From positions 7,936,001-8,000,000 of the forward strand of contig NC_090327.1 of assembly GCF_035084215.1 (NCBI RefSeq): a stretch of DNA of 64,000 nucleotides. Direction: 5' to 3'. Positions within the stretch are counted from its first letter, which is position 1. Each line of letters starts with the position of its first letter. Shown one piece after another: positions 48,330 through 62,335 of this stretch. The position numbers were made by a program, and so were the translations under genes. Source of the stretch: Heptranchias perlo (lineage: Eukaryota). The notes below the pieces were generated by a model, which was not told the DNA's origin, did not search any database, and saw nothing but the letters and a program-made list of their open reading frames with translations.

Positions 48330-51310
48330 TTCAGCAATCCTGAGATGGCCCTGATCAAAGTAATAAATCACATCCTATTTCTCGCGGCGAGGTTCGCTAG
48401 TGCTGTGGGGGGTGGGGTTTAAACTAATTTGGCAGGGGGGTGGGCACCAGGATGTAGCATTGGAAAGGAGAAACAAGGTGCATAAAGGATTAGGAAAGAT
48501 AGCACTAGAGTAAGAAATAGTACGGTATTAAGTGGGATCAGACTAAGATAATACAAAGTCCAAGATAGGTTGATGGTGCGTGTGTGTAAACGCATGAAGT
48601 GTGGTGAACAAGGTTGGTGAGCTGCAGGTTCAAATAGCCACGTGAATATGTCGTCATGGCGATAACAGAGACCTGGCTCAAAAAAAAGGGCAAGATTGGG
48701 CACTAAATATTCCTGGATACAAGATGCTCATGAAAGATCGGGAAGGAAAGAAATGGCAGTGCTGGAGAGAAAGATGTCCTGGAGGGGGTCAAGGACAGAA
48801 TCTATTTGGTTAGAGTTAAGGAACAATAGAGGTGCCATTACACTACTGGGTGCATTCTATAGGCCACCAACTAGTGGGAAGGATATCGAGGAGCAAATTT
48901 GCAGGGAAATTACAGAGGTGCAAAAGCTATACAGTAGTGGTAACATGGGGACTTCAACTATCCTAATATAGACTGGGATAGTAGGGGCAAAGAGGAGGAG
49001 GAATTTTTGACGAGTGTTCAGGAGGGTACAGACTTCTTGACCAGTACATTTCTAGCCCAAGGAAGGAAGCATTGCTGGATTTGGTTTTGGGGAATGAGGC
49101 GAGCCAAATGGAACAAGTGTCAGTGGGGGGACATTTAGGGAACAGCAACCATGGTATCATGAAGTTTGGAATAGCTATGGAAAAGGACATGGACCACTCA
49201 AGTAAAAATAGTCAATTGGAGGAGGGCCAATTTCAATGGGATGAGAACAGATTTGGCTCGGGTAAATTGGAATCAAAGACTGGCAGGCAAAACTGTAATT
49301 GAACAACGGATGGCCTTTAAAAAGAAGATAGTTTGGGTACAGTCTAGGCACATTCCCGAGGGAGAAAGGTAGGGCAACTAAAGCCAGAACTCCCTGGATG
49401 ACAAAAGAGATGGAGAGCAAGATGAAAAAGGAAAAAGGGGCATGACAGATGTCAGGTTGATAATGCAAGTGAGAACCAGACTGAATATAGAAAGTTCAGA
49501 GGGGGCAGTGAAAAAGGAAATCAGAGGGGCAAAGAGTGTATGAGACTAGACTGGCAGCCAACATAAAAGGAATCCATAAGTCTTCCACAGGCATGTAATT
49601 AGGTAGGAGGGATGGGGCCAATTAGGGACCAAAAGATCTACTCATGCAGGTAGAGGGCATGGCCGAGGTGCTAAATGAGTACTTTGCATCGGTCTTTACC
49701 AAGGAAGAAGATGCTGCCAGAGTCACAGTAAAGGAAGATGCAAGTGATATACTGGATGGGCTAAAAATTGATAGAGGTATTAGAAAGGATAGCTGTAGTC
49801 AAGTCACCCCATCCAGATAGGATGCATCCTAGGGAAATAAGGGTAGAAATTGCAGAGGTACTGGCCATAATCTTCCAATCCATAGATACAGGGGTAGTGC
49901 CAGAGAACTGGAGAATTGCAAATATTACACCCTTGTTCAAAAAAAGGGAGTAAGGATAAATCGAACAACTACAAGCCAGTCAGCTCAACCTCGGTGGTGG
50001 GGAAACTTTTAGAAACAATAATCCAGGATAGAATTACCAGTCACTTGGACAAGTGTGGTTTGATTAGGGAAAGCCGGTATGGATTGGTTAAGGCAAATCA
50101 TGATTAACCAATTTGAGAGTTTTTTGATGAGGCAACAGAGGGTAGATGAGGGTAATGCAGTTGATGCGGTGTATTGGGACTTTCAAAAAGGCGTTTGTTA
50201 AATTGCTGCATAATAGGCTTGTCAAGATTGAAGCCCAAGGAATAAAAGGGGCAGTAGCAGCCTGGATACAGAATTGGCTAAGCAACAACAGAGTAGTGGT
50301 GAACGGTTGTTTTTCAGACTGGAGGGAGGTGTACAGTGGTGCTCCCCAGGGGTTGGTACTAGGACCACTGCTTTTCTTGATGTATATTAATGACTTGGGT
50401 ACACAAGGCATCATTCCCAAATCTGCAGACGACACAAAACTTGGAAGGGTAGTAAATAGTGAGGAGGATAGCGATAGACTTCAAGGAGGATATAGACAGG
50501 CTGGTGGCATGGGCAGACACGTGACAGATGAAATTTAACACAGAAAAATGCGAGGTGATACATTTCAGTGGGAAGAATGAGGAGAGGCAATATAAACTAA
50601 AGGGCACAATTCTAAAAGGGGTAAAGGAACAGAGTCCTGGGGGTACACATACACAAATCATTGAAAGTGGCAGGGTAGGTTGAGAAAGCAGTTAAAAAAG
50701 CGTACGGGATCCTGGGCTTTATAAATAGAGGCATAGAGCACAAAAGCAAGGAAATCATGATCCTTTATAGAATACTGGTTCAGCCACAACTGGAGTATTA
50801 TATTCAGTTCTGGCATCGCACTTTAGGAACGACCTTAGAAAGGGTGCATAAGAGATTTATTAGAATGGTTCCAGGGATGAGGGACTTCAGTTACGTGGAA
50901 AGACTGGAGAAGCTGGGGTTATTCTCCTTGGAACAGAGATGGTGGTGAGGAGATTTGATAGAGGTATTCAAAATCATGAAGGGTCTGGACAGAGTGGATA
51001 GAGAGAAACTGTTCCTACTGACGGAAGGGTCAAGAACCAGAGGGGAAAGATTTATAATGATTGGCAAAAGAACCAAAAGGTGACATGAGGAAAAACTTTT
51101 TTTTAAAAACAGAAAACAGCGAGTGGTTAGGATCTGCCCAAGGGGGTGGTGAAGGCAGGTTCAATCATGGCCTTCAAAAGGAAACTGGGTAAATACATTT
51201 GCAGGATTATGGGGATAGGGCGTGCAAGTAGAACTAGCTGGATTGCTCTTGCATAGAGCCGGCACCCACTCGATGGGCCGAACGGACCCCTACCGGGCTG
51301 TAACCTATCA
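48330..51310 (+). mobile_element. Long decayed CR1 LINE (probable ORF1 end, then ORF2 endonuclease, RT and 3' UTR)
   Basis: ESIWLELRNNRGAITLLGAFYRPP, LDLVLGNE...HLGNSNH, WRIANITPLFKK, GAPQGLVLGP, ADDTKL. Confidence 0.9.
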
Positions 51311-52098
51311 TTCTATTTGGCTGTGAATGTGGTATGTTATCCCAAGGAATGGAATGTTAGCCCAAGGAATAAAAGGGGCAGTAGCCCTTCTCCGGCCACT
51401 CAAGCATTTGATATGGATGACCACGCCATTCTCCTCCATCACCTTTCGCCACTGTCCAGCGCCTTGGGACTGCCTTGAGTGGTGCCACACCTAACTATTC
51501 GAGCATGCCTCCGGATATGTTTTCTCTTCCCGTTTCAGTCACGGCCAGAATCTGCAAGGTTCCATCCTTGGTCGCCCTCCTCTTCCACATCTATACGTTG
51601 TCCCTAGGTGGCATCATCCACAGGCAGAGCCGGTGTCACAAATTTGGGTCTGCATACATACCATCTCGGATTCAGTAATGCCAGTTGCATCCATAAGCAG
51701 TCTCAGAATCTTACTTTTATAGGCATCGACTCACACCACCCTGTATCTACTCGTATGATAGCAGAACACGGGGATGTACAAATAGCAACTTTTTGCATTC
51801 TGGACTGGATATTTGTGTCTTTTGCACATCTATTTCTCAAGGCAGACCAAGTTAACACTAGATGAGGTAAACTTTAGTTTGAATCCTAAACTGCTTTATT
51901 CCACAGTACGGTGAAATGTAGAGAGCAACATGTATGACCAAAGTTACTTCGTTCAATCCTGTAAGCATGCAACATAAAACAGAGGACATTAACCCTACGT
52001 TGGTGGGTTGTCTAACTTAAAACAAGAGGCTTTCTAGCTATAAGTATATTGCAACCTTCCGTCCAGAAAGACGACTGTGTAAGCCATTCATACCGTAC

Positions 52099-52528
52099 CG
52101 GGGTACGGTAGCATAGTGGCTGTGTTACTGGACTAGTAATCCAGAAGCCTGGACTAACATTCTAGAGTCACAAGTTCAAATCCTGCCACAGCAACTGGGG
52201 AACTTAAATTCAGCTAATTAAATAAAAATCTTGAATAAAAAAAAACTATTATCAGTAATGGTAGCCATGAAACTACCAGATTGGTGTAAAAACCCATCTA
52301 GTGCACTAATGTCCTTTAGGGAAGGAAACCTGCTGTCCTTACCCAATCTGGCCTGTGACTCCAGACCCACAGCAATGTGGTTGATTCTTAATCGCTCTCT
52401 GAAATGGCCTAGCAAACCACTCAGTTGTTCAAGGCGGCAGCTCACCACCACCGCCTCAAGGGCAATTAGGGATGGGCAATAAATGCTGGCCTTGCCAACG
52501 ACGCCCACGTCCCATAAACAGAAAAAAA
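52099..52528 (+). mobile_element. Full-length tRNA-derived SINE with a LINE-derived tail
   Basis: Head ggggtacggtagcatagtgg...gttcaaatcc; tail caagggcaattagggatgggcaataaatgctggcc...aaaaaaa shared with the LINE at 7688. Confidence 0.8.
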
Positions 52529-53534
52529 GCGCCAAAGCAGTTGTTACTTTGCCATTCTGCAACATCGTGAGTTGAAGGGTCGAATTCACAAGTGACAGTC
52601 CTTGCCCCAAATGGTGCAAACAGATCACAGGGCCAGATGATGAAGCTTGTGCAGTATTAACTCTTTTCTTTCCTCATTCACCTCTCTTCAGCCTCTATGG
52701 CGCCCCGATGCAGTGCAGCTCTCCAGATGTAGCCTGTTTCCAACTTGCGGTATCGATGTTAAAAATTTTCACTTCCCTCTTGCAAAGGTCTTTAAACCTG
52801 AACCTAGGTCAGCCCAGCGGACTCAAACCATCTGCAAGTTCTCCATACTTCACTGAAAATTTATTAAGCCCCCATTGTCTGAGGCCACTAGCTGAATGAT
52901 TTGTCGGGCTGCTGATTTAAATCCCAGTGTTGGAGTTGTCCTGAGAAACTAACCCCTTTTAAAGCAAGCTTCAACTTGTAAGTGCATGTCATCTTGTTTA
53001 ACCCACAGCAGAGTTTCAAATCCCATGTCCAATCACTGACTGCCCATCTCATCTACCACCATTCTGTTTCGGCCCCTTTCTCACCCCTCCACCAATAAAC
53101 ACTTCGGCACACATCTCTAGTCCTAATTATTCCAATGCCCTCCCGTGCAGCAGCCCATCCTCCCTTTCCAAAAGGCAGCACGCTGCATCCTGTCCTGCAC
53201 TGCTCCACCACCATTCCTATTGTAAAAGCTACTGAAATCTGTATTTCAAAAGGTATAAAAAAGCATGACAACAATTTTAAAGTCCGCCATGTACCCAATA
53301 GTCACTTCATCGTTGCCTTTAATTCAACAGTCCAAATTTCACGCTAACACTATTCTCGCTGACCCATGTTGGCTTCCTGTGCCTCATTAAATTTAGAACC
53401 CTTGTTCTCATCTTCAACTCTCTCCATAGCATCGCCCCAGCCCAGCTGTCCTTTGACTCTAGCCTTTTGTGCATTCCCTTCTCTCCCCTCACTTTACTTC
53501 AGTGCGAAGTACCCAATCAATTTCTATTTGCATA

Positions 53535-53838
53535 CAAGGGGCATAATCTTAAAAGTAGAGCTAGGCCAGTTACGAGTGAAATCAGAAAGTACTTTTTCCA
53601 CACAAAATAAAAGTGGAAATTTGGAACTCTTCCTCTTCTCCCCCGCCCCCCCACCAAAAGGCTGAGATTGCTGGATCAATTGAAATTTTCAAAACCAAGA
53701 TAGAAATATTTGTGTTATGTAAGGATATTGAGATATGGAGAAAAGACAAGTAAATGGAGTTGAGGTGGAGATCAGCCATGATCTAATAGAAAAGTAGAAC
53801 TGGTTCAAGAGGCTGAATGGCTTTACCCTATTCCTATG
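53535..53838 (+). mobile_element. CR1 3' fragment
   Basis: acaagggggcataatcttaaa...agatcagccatgatct...ttcctatgt. Confidence 0.75.
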
Positions 53839-54139
53839 TGAAGTATCATGGGATTTTTTGTTCAAGATGCTATCTAAATGCAAGTTGTTTGGATATTAAT
53901 GTCTGGAAACTTTCCCTTTGACATTCTGTAGAACATGCTCATTTCTTTTCCTCTTCCCAATTTCAAAAGGAAATTACTTCACATAGGAAAGCATAAGATT
54001 TTCCCCTTCAAATCCAGCTGTCAAAATATCTGATTGGGAAACTCTGCCCTATGATCAACCCCATTTTCACTTCAAAATCTTCCAACATCTGAAAACACTC
54101 CCTCATCTCATCACAAGTGACTCACTGTGACATCACTCA

Positions 54140-54450
54140 ACCTGATGATGTATTGACTTGTACAGGCCAATAGATTGCTCTTAGTTGTCTCATCCAGATG
54201 ACAGGAACATTATAACTGGCTTCAACAGCGTTGGAGCTAAGGGGAGGGCAAGAGAAAGGAAACAAAAAAAAGCCACAGTTCCTGCTCATGACTGTTATAC
54301 AGAAACTTCTGCTGAAATATGCATGAGTGGGTACCAGATGAGGAAGGATTAAATCAGGCTCAGTTGCAAAATACCACACTGTCTGAAGTCACAAACGAAC
54401 AGCAATTTGAGGGAGGAATTTGAAGTGTCGATCCATACCCAACATGAATG
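54140..54450 (+). mobile_element. LF-SINE-like relic
   Basis: aaagccacagttcctgctcatgactgttatacagaaacttctgctgaaatatgcatgagtggg...gatgaggaaggatt resembles the recalled LF-SINE core. Confidence 0.5.
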
Positions 54451-54627
54451 TTTGAGAAAAGGAAAAAACTATGGAAACCACTCCCACAATGTACCTGAAG
54501 TGGACAATACTAATGAACTTAAGGGGCTATATTTAACTATATGGATGAAGATCTGGACTGGCTCCCATACGTTTGCCTAAAAGACCTTCAAAAAGCTTGA
54601 GTAGTGGCAACAAAATCTCACTCTAAT

Positions 54628-55094
54628 CAACAATTTGCATTTATATAAAGCCGTTAAAGTAGTAAAACGTCCCAAGACACTTCACAGGAGCATTATCAAA
54701 CATAATTTGATATCGAGCCACATAACGAGATATTAGGACAGGTGGCCAAAAGCTTGATCAAAGAGGTAGGTTTTAAGGAACGTCTTAGAGAGGTACAGAG
54801 GCAGCAAGGTTTAGGGAGGAAATTCCAGAGCTTAGGGGAAGCTGAAGGCACAGCTGCCAGTGGTGGAGCGAAGGAAATCAGGGGATGCGCATGAAGCCAG
54901 AATTGGAGGAATGCAGAGTTCTCAGAGGGTTGTCAGGCTGGAGGAGGTTAGAGATAGGGGCAAGGCCACGGAGGGATTTGAAAACAAGGATGAGAATTTT
55001 AAAATCTAAGCATGGCGGACTGGGAGCCAACGTATGTCAGTGAGCATGGAGGTGACAGTTGAGCGGGACTTGGTGACAGTTAGGATACAGGCAG
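54628..55094 (-). mobile_element. L2 LINE 3' end flanked by a long direct repeat
   Basis: Homologous to 26885-27357; flanks 54479-54625 and 55095-55218 are near-identical. Confidence 0.85.
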
Positions 55095-55259
55095 CACTCC
55101 CACAACGTACCTGAAGTGGACAATACTGGTGAACTTTGGGGGCTATATTTAACTATATGGATGAAGATCCAGACAGGCTCCCATGCATTTGCCTAATGGC
55201 AAAAAAACTTCACACTACGTAACTGTGCAGGAAAATCAGTGATGCAGTCCCAACATTTT

Positions 55260-56030
55260 TACATTTTTTGTTCTCAGCATGTCAACACTCTCAAGGCTAC
55301 ATTCATTGCCCATCCCGAGTTGCCGGTGGGCCTTCTCCTTGAACCACTGCACTCCTTGTGGTGCTGGCGCTCCTACAGTGGTGCTAGGTAGGGAATTCAA
55401 CATTGAAGGAACAGCAATAAATGCCCAAACCAGGATTGTTTGTATGTTGGAGATGGTGGTGTTCCCATGGCATTGCAGCTCTTGTCCTTCAGTGGTGGAG
55501 GTCATAGGGAAGGGAGGTGCCATCGTAATTTCTTCGGTGAGTTGCGGCAATGCACCCTGTAGATTGTATACACTGCAGCCACGTTGTGCCGGTGATTGAG
55601 GAAATGAATGCTGTGTCCAGTGACAGTGGTGCCTATGAAGTGAACTGCTCCATCCTGGATGCTGTCAAGCTTCTGAGTGTTGTTGTGGCTGTACCCAACC
55701 AGATGCATGATGAATATTCCATCATATTCCTGACTTAAGCCTTATAAATGATGGCGCTCAGGAGGTGGGCCATTCGTCAAGACTACCAAACCTCTGCCCT
55801 GCTCTTGTAGCTATGGTAATAACATGGCTTGTCCGGTTAAGCTTTTAGTCGATGGTGACTCCCAACGTGTTGTTAATAGGGGACTCGGCGATAGTTGTGC
55901 TTTTGCAGGTCAAGGAGAAGATAACGGGCTCTCTTGTTCAAGCTGGTCTTTGCCTAGCACCTATATGGTGCAAACATTATCTGTCACTTGTCAACCCAGG
56001 TTCCGCTATAGGTTGGCATTAGCTGCTTCA
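55260..56030 (-). mobile_element. Decayed copy of the LINE family at 7688
   Basis: KLDSIQDGAVHFIG...HRHNVAAVYTIYRVHC; cattcattgcccatcccgagttgcc tail. Confidence 0.7.
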
Positions 56031-56204
56031 TGACTAGAATTGTGAAGAGCTCAGCACTGTGGAATCAAGACACTAGCAACAGTTCTTCTCTATAGTATGA
56101 AGGAAACTGGCTACTGATAGTTTGGTACCTCAAAGTCCTGAAAATCCATCTCAGCAAGAGCAGACAAGGCTCAGAAAACTCCACTGCATGTATGGAATTG
56201 GTAC

Positions 56205-56460
56205 ATAAGAAATAGCACGAAACAGCCCCTCGATCCTGCTCCGCCATTTATAAGAACGTAAGAAATGAGAGCAGGAGTAGGCCATATGGCCCCTCAAGCC
56301 TGCTCCATCATTCAGTAAGATCATGGCTGATCTACCTCAACTCCACTTTCCCCCCCGATCCCCATATCCCTCGATTCCCTTAGTGTCCAAATATCCATCG
56401 ATCTTGGTCTTCAACATACTCAATGACTGAGCATCCACAGCACTCTGGGGAATTCCAAAG
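56205..56460 (-). mobile_element. Two stacked CR1 3' tails
   Basis: acataagaaatagca... and ataagaacgtaagaaatgagagcaggagtaggcc. Confidence 0.75.
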
Positions 56461-56559
56461 TATGGCTGGCAATATAAAGACATTCTATTAATCTTGCTAA
56501 AGTATAAAAAATACTTTTAAAAATGTCTTCAACAGGTACAAGAATTCAGGAGATTTAAC

Positions 56560-57945
56560 CAAGAACCATTTTCCACAATACAAACTTTAAGCAATAAATG
56601 CAACACAAAGCAAATGCAATTAAGGGGAATGTGACCACATGGATAAAGAGGTAGTTGCGGGATAGAAAGCGAAGGGATGGAATAAAAAAGTTTCTTGCAA
56701 TGGAAAGATGTTCAGTGATATTCCACAGGAGTCCATATAGGGCTCACTCTTATTTACTAAATGCATCATTTGGACTTAGAGGAATAGAGGACCAATGTCA
56801 AAATTTACTCTCATCATATAGGAGCTATGGCAAATTCTGACATGATTGCAAAAGGCTCCAAGAGGCCAAAGATCAGCTGGAAGGACAGGTAAGTAGGTGG
56901 CTGATACAGTTCAAAGTAGCAAAATATAGAGTTGTGTCTTTTGAAGAAAATACACCTTAAATGGAGCTTAAGTCATTAAATGTGGCCGCCCAAATACAGA
57001 TAGGCCATAAAAGAAGCAAATGGGACCTTCAGTTTTGTATCCAGGTACATATAATACAAGAGCAAGGACAGCAATGTTGAACTTGTAGAAGATCTTAAGT
57101 TAGGCCCTATCTGGAATATTCTGTATAGTTTTGGACACCCCATTACAAGTATAAAAGCAGTGAAAATATTCAGAGTAAATTCACTGGGACGTTACCATTA
57201 CAATTACGAAGACTCTGCACAGCCAATGAAGAATTTCCAAAGTGTGGTCGCTGTTGTAATGTAGGGAAACGTACTGCCAAACTGTACACAGCAAGGTGAT
57301 AAATGACCACAGGACCTGTTTTAGAGAACGTTGGCCAGGAAACCTGAGCTGAGATGCTTGAGGGTTGACCTGATAGATGTCTTCAAGAATATGAAGGTTA
57401 TGAGAAGGTAGATAGTGATAAATTATTTCGTCTTGTCAGCGATATGGTCAAGAGGGTACAAATTTAAAGTCAACCATAATTAAATCACAAAAATAATTAC
57501 AGGGAAGTTAGAAACAAGTCATTTGCACAGAGAGTGGTTAGAATGACTTGGAAATATATCGCCGATCTTTCGTAGTCGCAGGGTCAAAATCCTGGAACAC
57601 TCTACCTAAATTGTACTGCGGGAGTACCTTCACCACATGGACTGCAGCGGTTCAAGAAGGTGGCTCACCACCACCTTCTCAAGGGCAATTAGGGATGGGC
57701 AATAAATGCTGGCCTTGCCAGCAACACACACATCCCATGAATGAATAAAAAGAAAAAAAAACGTAGAGTTCTATCCCACACAGTCATTGAAACAAAGGAC
57801 GAATTATTTTAAACAGGAACTAGATAATTGCTTAAAAAACACTATTAAAGGAATGGGGAGCAAGAGTACAATTAGGTTAGGCAACTTGGAGAAAAACAAT
57901 GACATAGACCTGATGGACTGAAAGAATGTTCTAGCATAGAAACAA
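56560..57945 (+). mobile_element. Old CR1 with nested SINE/LINE fragments (57225-57340, 57546-57760)
   Basis: Degenerate CR1 RT and 3' motifs; nested tail cttctcaagggcaattagggatgggc. Confidence 0.6.
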
Positions 57946-60900
57946 GCCAATGAACAATGCACTGCATGAACCTAAATTTTACATGCAGAAAGAATTGCAT
58001 ATACTCCAATTCAGTTTTAAAGTACAAAATTCCTACTTTCCTATATTACTAACTATGTCTAGTTCTAATGACTGGACAATTCAATTTTTTGTCCGAAGTG
58101 GCTGAATTAGGAGATAATTTGAATCGGAAATGTGATTTGGCAATCTAATTTGTGCATCTCTATGTATATATTTAAGAAGTTATATATTATGTTTGCTATG
58201 TTATGTAGTGTTCAAACAAACTGCATGCTTGAGTAAACCCACTCAACCACAAAACTCATCAAGTTTATTACCACATACTCCATTGAATTGCTCGTGAGCA
58301 ACATTGGACTCACGTACACCGCTCAGTTTCCGACCAGAGAAGTCGTCACCAACTTTAGCTTTCTCGTTCGAGAGGCATAAGCTGTATGATGGGCTCCTGC
58401 AGGATCAGCTCTCCAGAAAGGAGTATGTTTAATAGAACAGTCCTACAGAACACGCAACGGGCCCATCCCATTTGTTAAATAATTGATTCTTCTAGTTCAA
58501 GTACAGTCACTAAGGCATAGGAAAGGATTAAATGAGGCAATTCCACCATTTAGATAACTAAATCATACATTACTGAGTTCAGAAGTAGTGATTGACCAAT
58601 AGAATTAACTTAAATTGCTCACTGTTGTATGATACATAATATATCTTGGACACAAAAATCAGTCAATTATATGCTGGGACTAAACCCCTTTCTGGGTACG
58701 TTTCAACAATGCACTGCACCACAAAAACAAGTTTAAACAGTTTCAACAAGCACCCACCCTTTTAAAAACACAATATGTTCGTTATACTTCCCACTGGTTC
58801 CCATAGAACAGGAGAATGCATCTTGCCCTAACTGGGATAGCTTTCAATTTTCCATTTACACTGAAAGTGCCAACATAAACCATTTGAGAGAAAATTAACA
58901 AGTTATGAACACTAGTCAGATAAAGTTCTAGAATCTTGTCAGGATTGCAGCCCAACTTCAGCCTGCATGGTACAACTCTGTTCCTAGACTGACATTGCAA
59001 AGTTCACAATTCAACTTAATTACAACTCATTCAAGTTTTTTTTTTTCCGATTTTCTTGAAATGTTTTAAACCGAATGCTGCAACTCTTTGACATTGAGTA
59101 AAGTTAGCCAAGTTGGTTTTACAGCACAGCTGAAAACTATGCCCTGGTCCACTGTTTTACATCAGTTTACCAGGCTTGATGTCAATATAGACATCACTGG
59201 AAATCAGTGAATATGACCTGGAATATCTACAGCATTATAAAAAAAAATGGCCAAATCATTAACATATACAGATGGGTCCTCCTCTATTTGGCTTCAAAAT
59301 TCAACTGTCATTACATTAACTCAAATTAAAAGAGGCTTTCTCTCTCAGCTTAAATGTTTTCTGAAGCTTACAGAACACGAACAAAAGCTGCAGATATTTA
59401 ATCAGTGCAGCCAGTGTTTTCTTACAATACAGCTTAATTTTAAAAACACAATATAAACTTAACCGTAATAAAACTTTTGAAATTTGTCCTCTTGCTCAGG
59501 GCAATTTTCAAAAACTAAACAGAAATGACTAGAAGCTAAAAAGGGAAAAAAAAAATCCAGCAGTTTGGTAAATATGATACTGATGCATCCTAAGAAATTG
59601 GACACATTCAGCTCAGAGTCACAGCATTGGGAAGGGGCAGGGGGGGAATATCAACTACAAACCCAAACTTTTCAGAGAGGCTGAAAACTCTAACTGAAGA
59701 TAGCAAAAGACAAAAAAGACAATTCAATGGGTAAATTTCATCTGGCTATTATGAAATAGGTTTTTAATATTTTTGCCAAAAGCCTTATTTTCAACATTGG
59801 AAATTTTCAGTTACTGAGAAATTAGTAGATTTTTTTTCCCAGAAAGCACTGGGTGATTTTATACAATGATAGCTTATAGCAGGCGTAAAATTGAATGGAA
59901 AATGTGGGCACATGGATTTACAATACAAAATTTGACAAATGTGACAACTAAGGTTTGTGGACAGGAAGTGTATGCCTACGCAAGACTTTTACGCGTTATA
60001 TCTGTATTAATTGATCACAAAAGAGTCAAAACGGAGTGTAACTTGCAGCACCTCCAATGCCACTGGTCTTAATGTGAACACATGAAGTTTCCTCACTTAA
60101 GTCAAGTTTCTGTAATCAGGCCATGAACCACCTCCCCACCAACAGATCAGATATCATATTGCTCCTATTCTGACCAGGTACTGCAGAAATTATGCTCGAC
60201 AAGACTTGCACCAATAATACATAATGACATGGGAGAAATAAAGCATTGTGAAAGAGATGTGGCATTGGTTAGTAAAAATTCACAATTATGCTTCTACCCA
60301 GCAATACGGCCACGGAACAGAATTATGCAATTAGAAGAGCATGAACAAGTATCACCCATTTACCTCATTCCCCACCCTATTGCTGCTCAGTTAATTTGCA
60401 CTGTAACAGTAGATGTCCGTTGAGTGAGCTACATTACAGCATATGCACTGCATATATCAAGTGGTTATGTTCTCCAACACTAGGAAAAAAAGATCACATC
60501 CAGTACAAGAATACATGTCTCAACCACTGGTGCAATACCCATATACATATTCCCAACCCCTACATGTGCAGGCATTTTATAGTATCTTCAAATTGTACAG
60601 TAGCTTTTAAATTACTTCACCTTGTTGGCTGCACTATTCAACTTACTGAATACTGCTCCGGTTGTACAGAAAATTCTTTAGAATTCCACACAACTTTCAA
60701 AGAGGCAATGGTAAAAATGGTTTAATATTTCCTACACTGGACTGCTTTCCAAAAAACAAAGCAACTCCAAATCCTAAACTTTGAACACAGTTCTGATTCA
60801 AAATAGAATATAAAACTTCAGAACTTACATTGGAAAGTAAACTTATACCACAAACTTCTCACCACTACTCATTTAATCTAGCTCAAAAAACATGGTCCCA

Positions 60901-61849
60901 GCTCAGAACTATCAACACTGTAGAAATGTGTCGACAGCAGGGCTACCAAATGGAGTACTCAACAGCCATGAAAACTCGAAAATGTAAACTCACTTGCAAC
61001 GTATTAGGGTTAATATTTAAACTGTGAAGATTTGAGGCATCATCCTCCAGATCATGCCTTGACCATTCTATTTCTCAATTAGCCTGTTGCCAAGTTAGTC
61101 AGAATTAGCAGATAAGCAAAATGCAACCAGCTTACAAGTAACAATGTGCAGATCCCTTTAACTGTCTTACAAACATACAAAAAAAACAGGAAAAGACCAA
61201 TTGGTCCATCGAGCCTGTCCCTTTTCTCTACTTTCCTGCTGCATTTATTTTTCGTGACATTTTGGTTCTGATCAAGGAGAGAGATAGCCATCTGTCAAGT
61301 ACAGTAGCCAGGTATGTGCTGTAGACCCGCACCTACAAAGAACTAGGTTCAGACTGCCCAAACTCAGTTTACATATAGAGTCCTTACAGCCAAAGGGATG
61401 AAGACTTTCAACCCATCAGTCTGGGCTGAAATCAGAAAAAGAGTAGGCACTAACCAAGGTAATTTAACACAAAAACAGAGAATCATTTGCATGAGCAATT
61501 CCTGGATGAAAAACGTGAATGGTTTTCCCTTAAATTAATGGCCCGCTAACAAAATAGCATTCTCAAATCACCCAATTCATCACCAGGCATTGATGGAATT
61601 TTGTTAGCTGTTAAGAAAAAAAAATGATATCTGCTAGCTTATTAAGGAGAAATGTCTTCCTTCCACAAGAGGCTGGGCCACTTTATGCAATGCCACTAAA
61701 TCCCTCGGGATTTTAATAAACATATAAAATTAAGTACAGAAGTTGACAGTCCACAATGACTTTGCAGTCTCTGAATTGTACCAAAAGCTGAAAACAGTGA
61801 TATACAACAATGAACTCACACTTAAAGAATCTGTGATCCAGGCAAATGC

Positions 61850-62335
61850 ATTGTTCTGGACACCCCTTCCTAACAGCACTGTGGAAGAACCTTCACCCCA
61901 CAGACTGCAGCGGTTCAAGAAGGTGGTTCACCACCACCTTCTCAAGGGCAATAAATGCCAGCCTTGCCAGCGACACCCACATCCCATGAACGAATGAAAA
62001 AAAAAATCCAAACACTCCAGCCCTTGCAGTGCCCACCAGTAGTGGAAGGTCTTAAGCGCATTGGTGGGCACCGTATGCACCCTCTCCTGGGCCACCTGGG
62101 CGCAGACAAGACCGCAGAAGAGGCGCAAGCAGCCAGAGCAACAACCTCCACAGGCTATGTCCAACCTAGACCTGGCCCAGGAACAGACCCATGACAAGAT
62201 CAACTTTTTTGATCAGCAAAGGAGTCAAAGGATATGGGGAAAGGGCGGGAAAGTGGAGTTGAGGTACAAATCAGATCAGCCATGATCAGCGGGCTCAAGG
62301 GGCCGAATGGCCTACTCCTATCTCTTATGGTCTAA
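61850..62335 (+). mobile_element. LINE tail (61850-62005) and CR1 tail (~62190-62335)
   Basis: PSPHRLQRFKKVVHHHLLKGN tail; gagttgaggtacaaatcagatcagccatgatc...ctcttatggtct. Confidence 0.7.
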
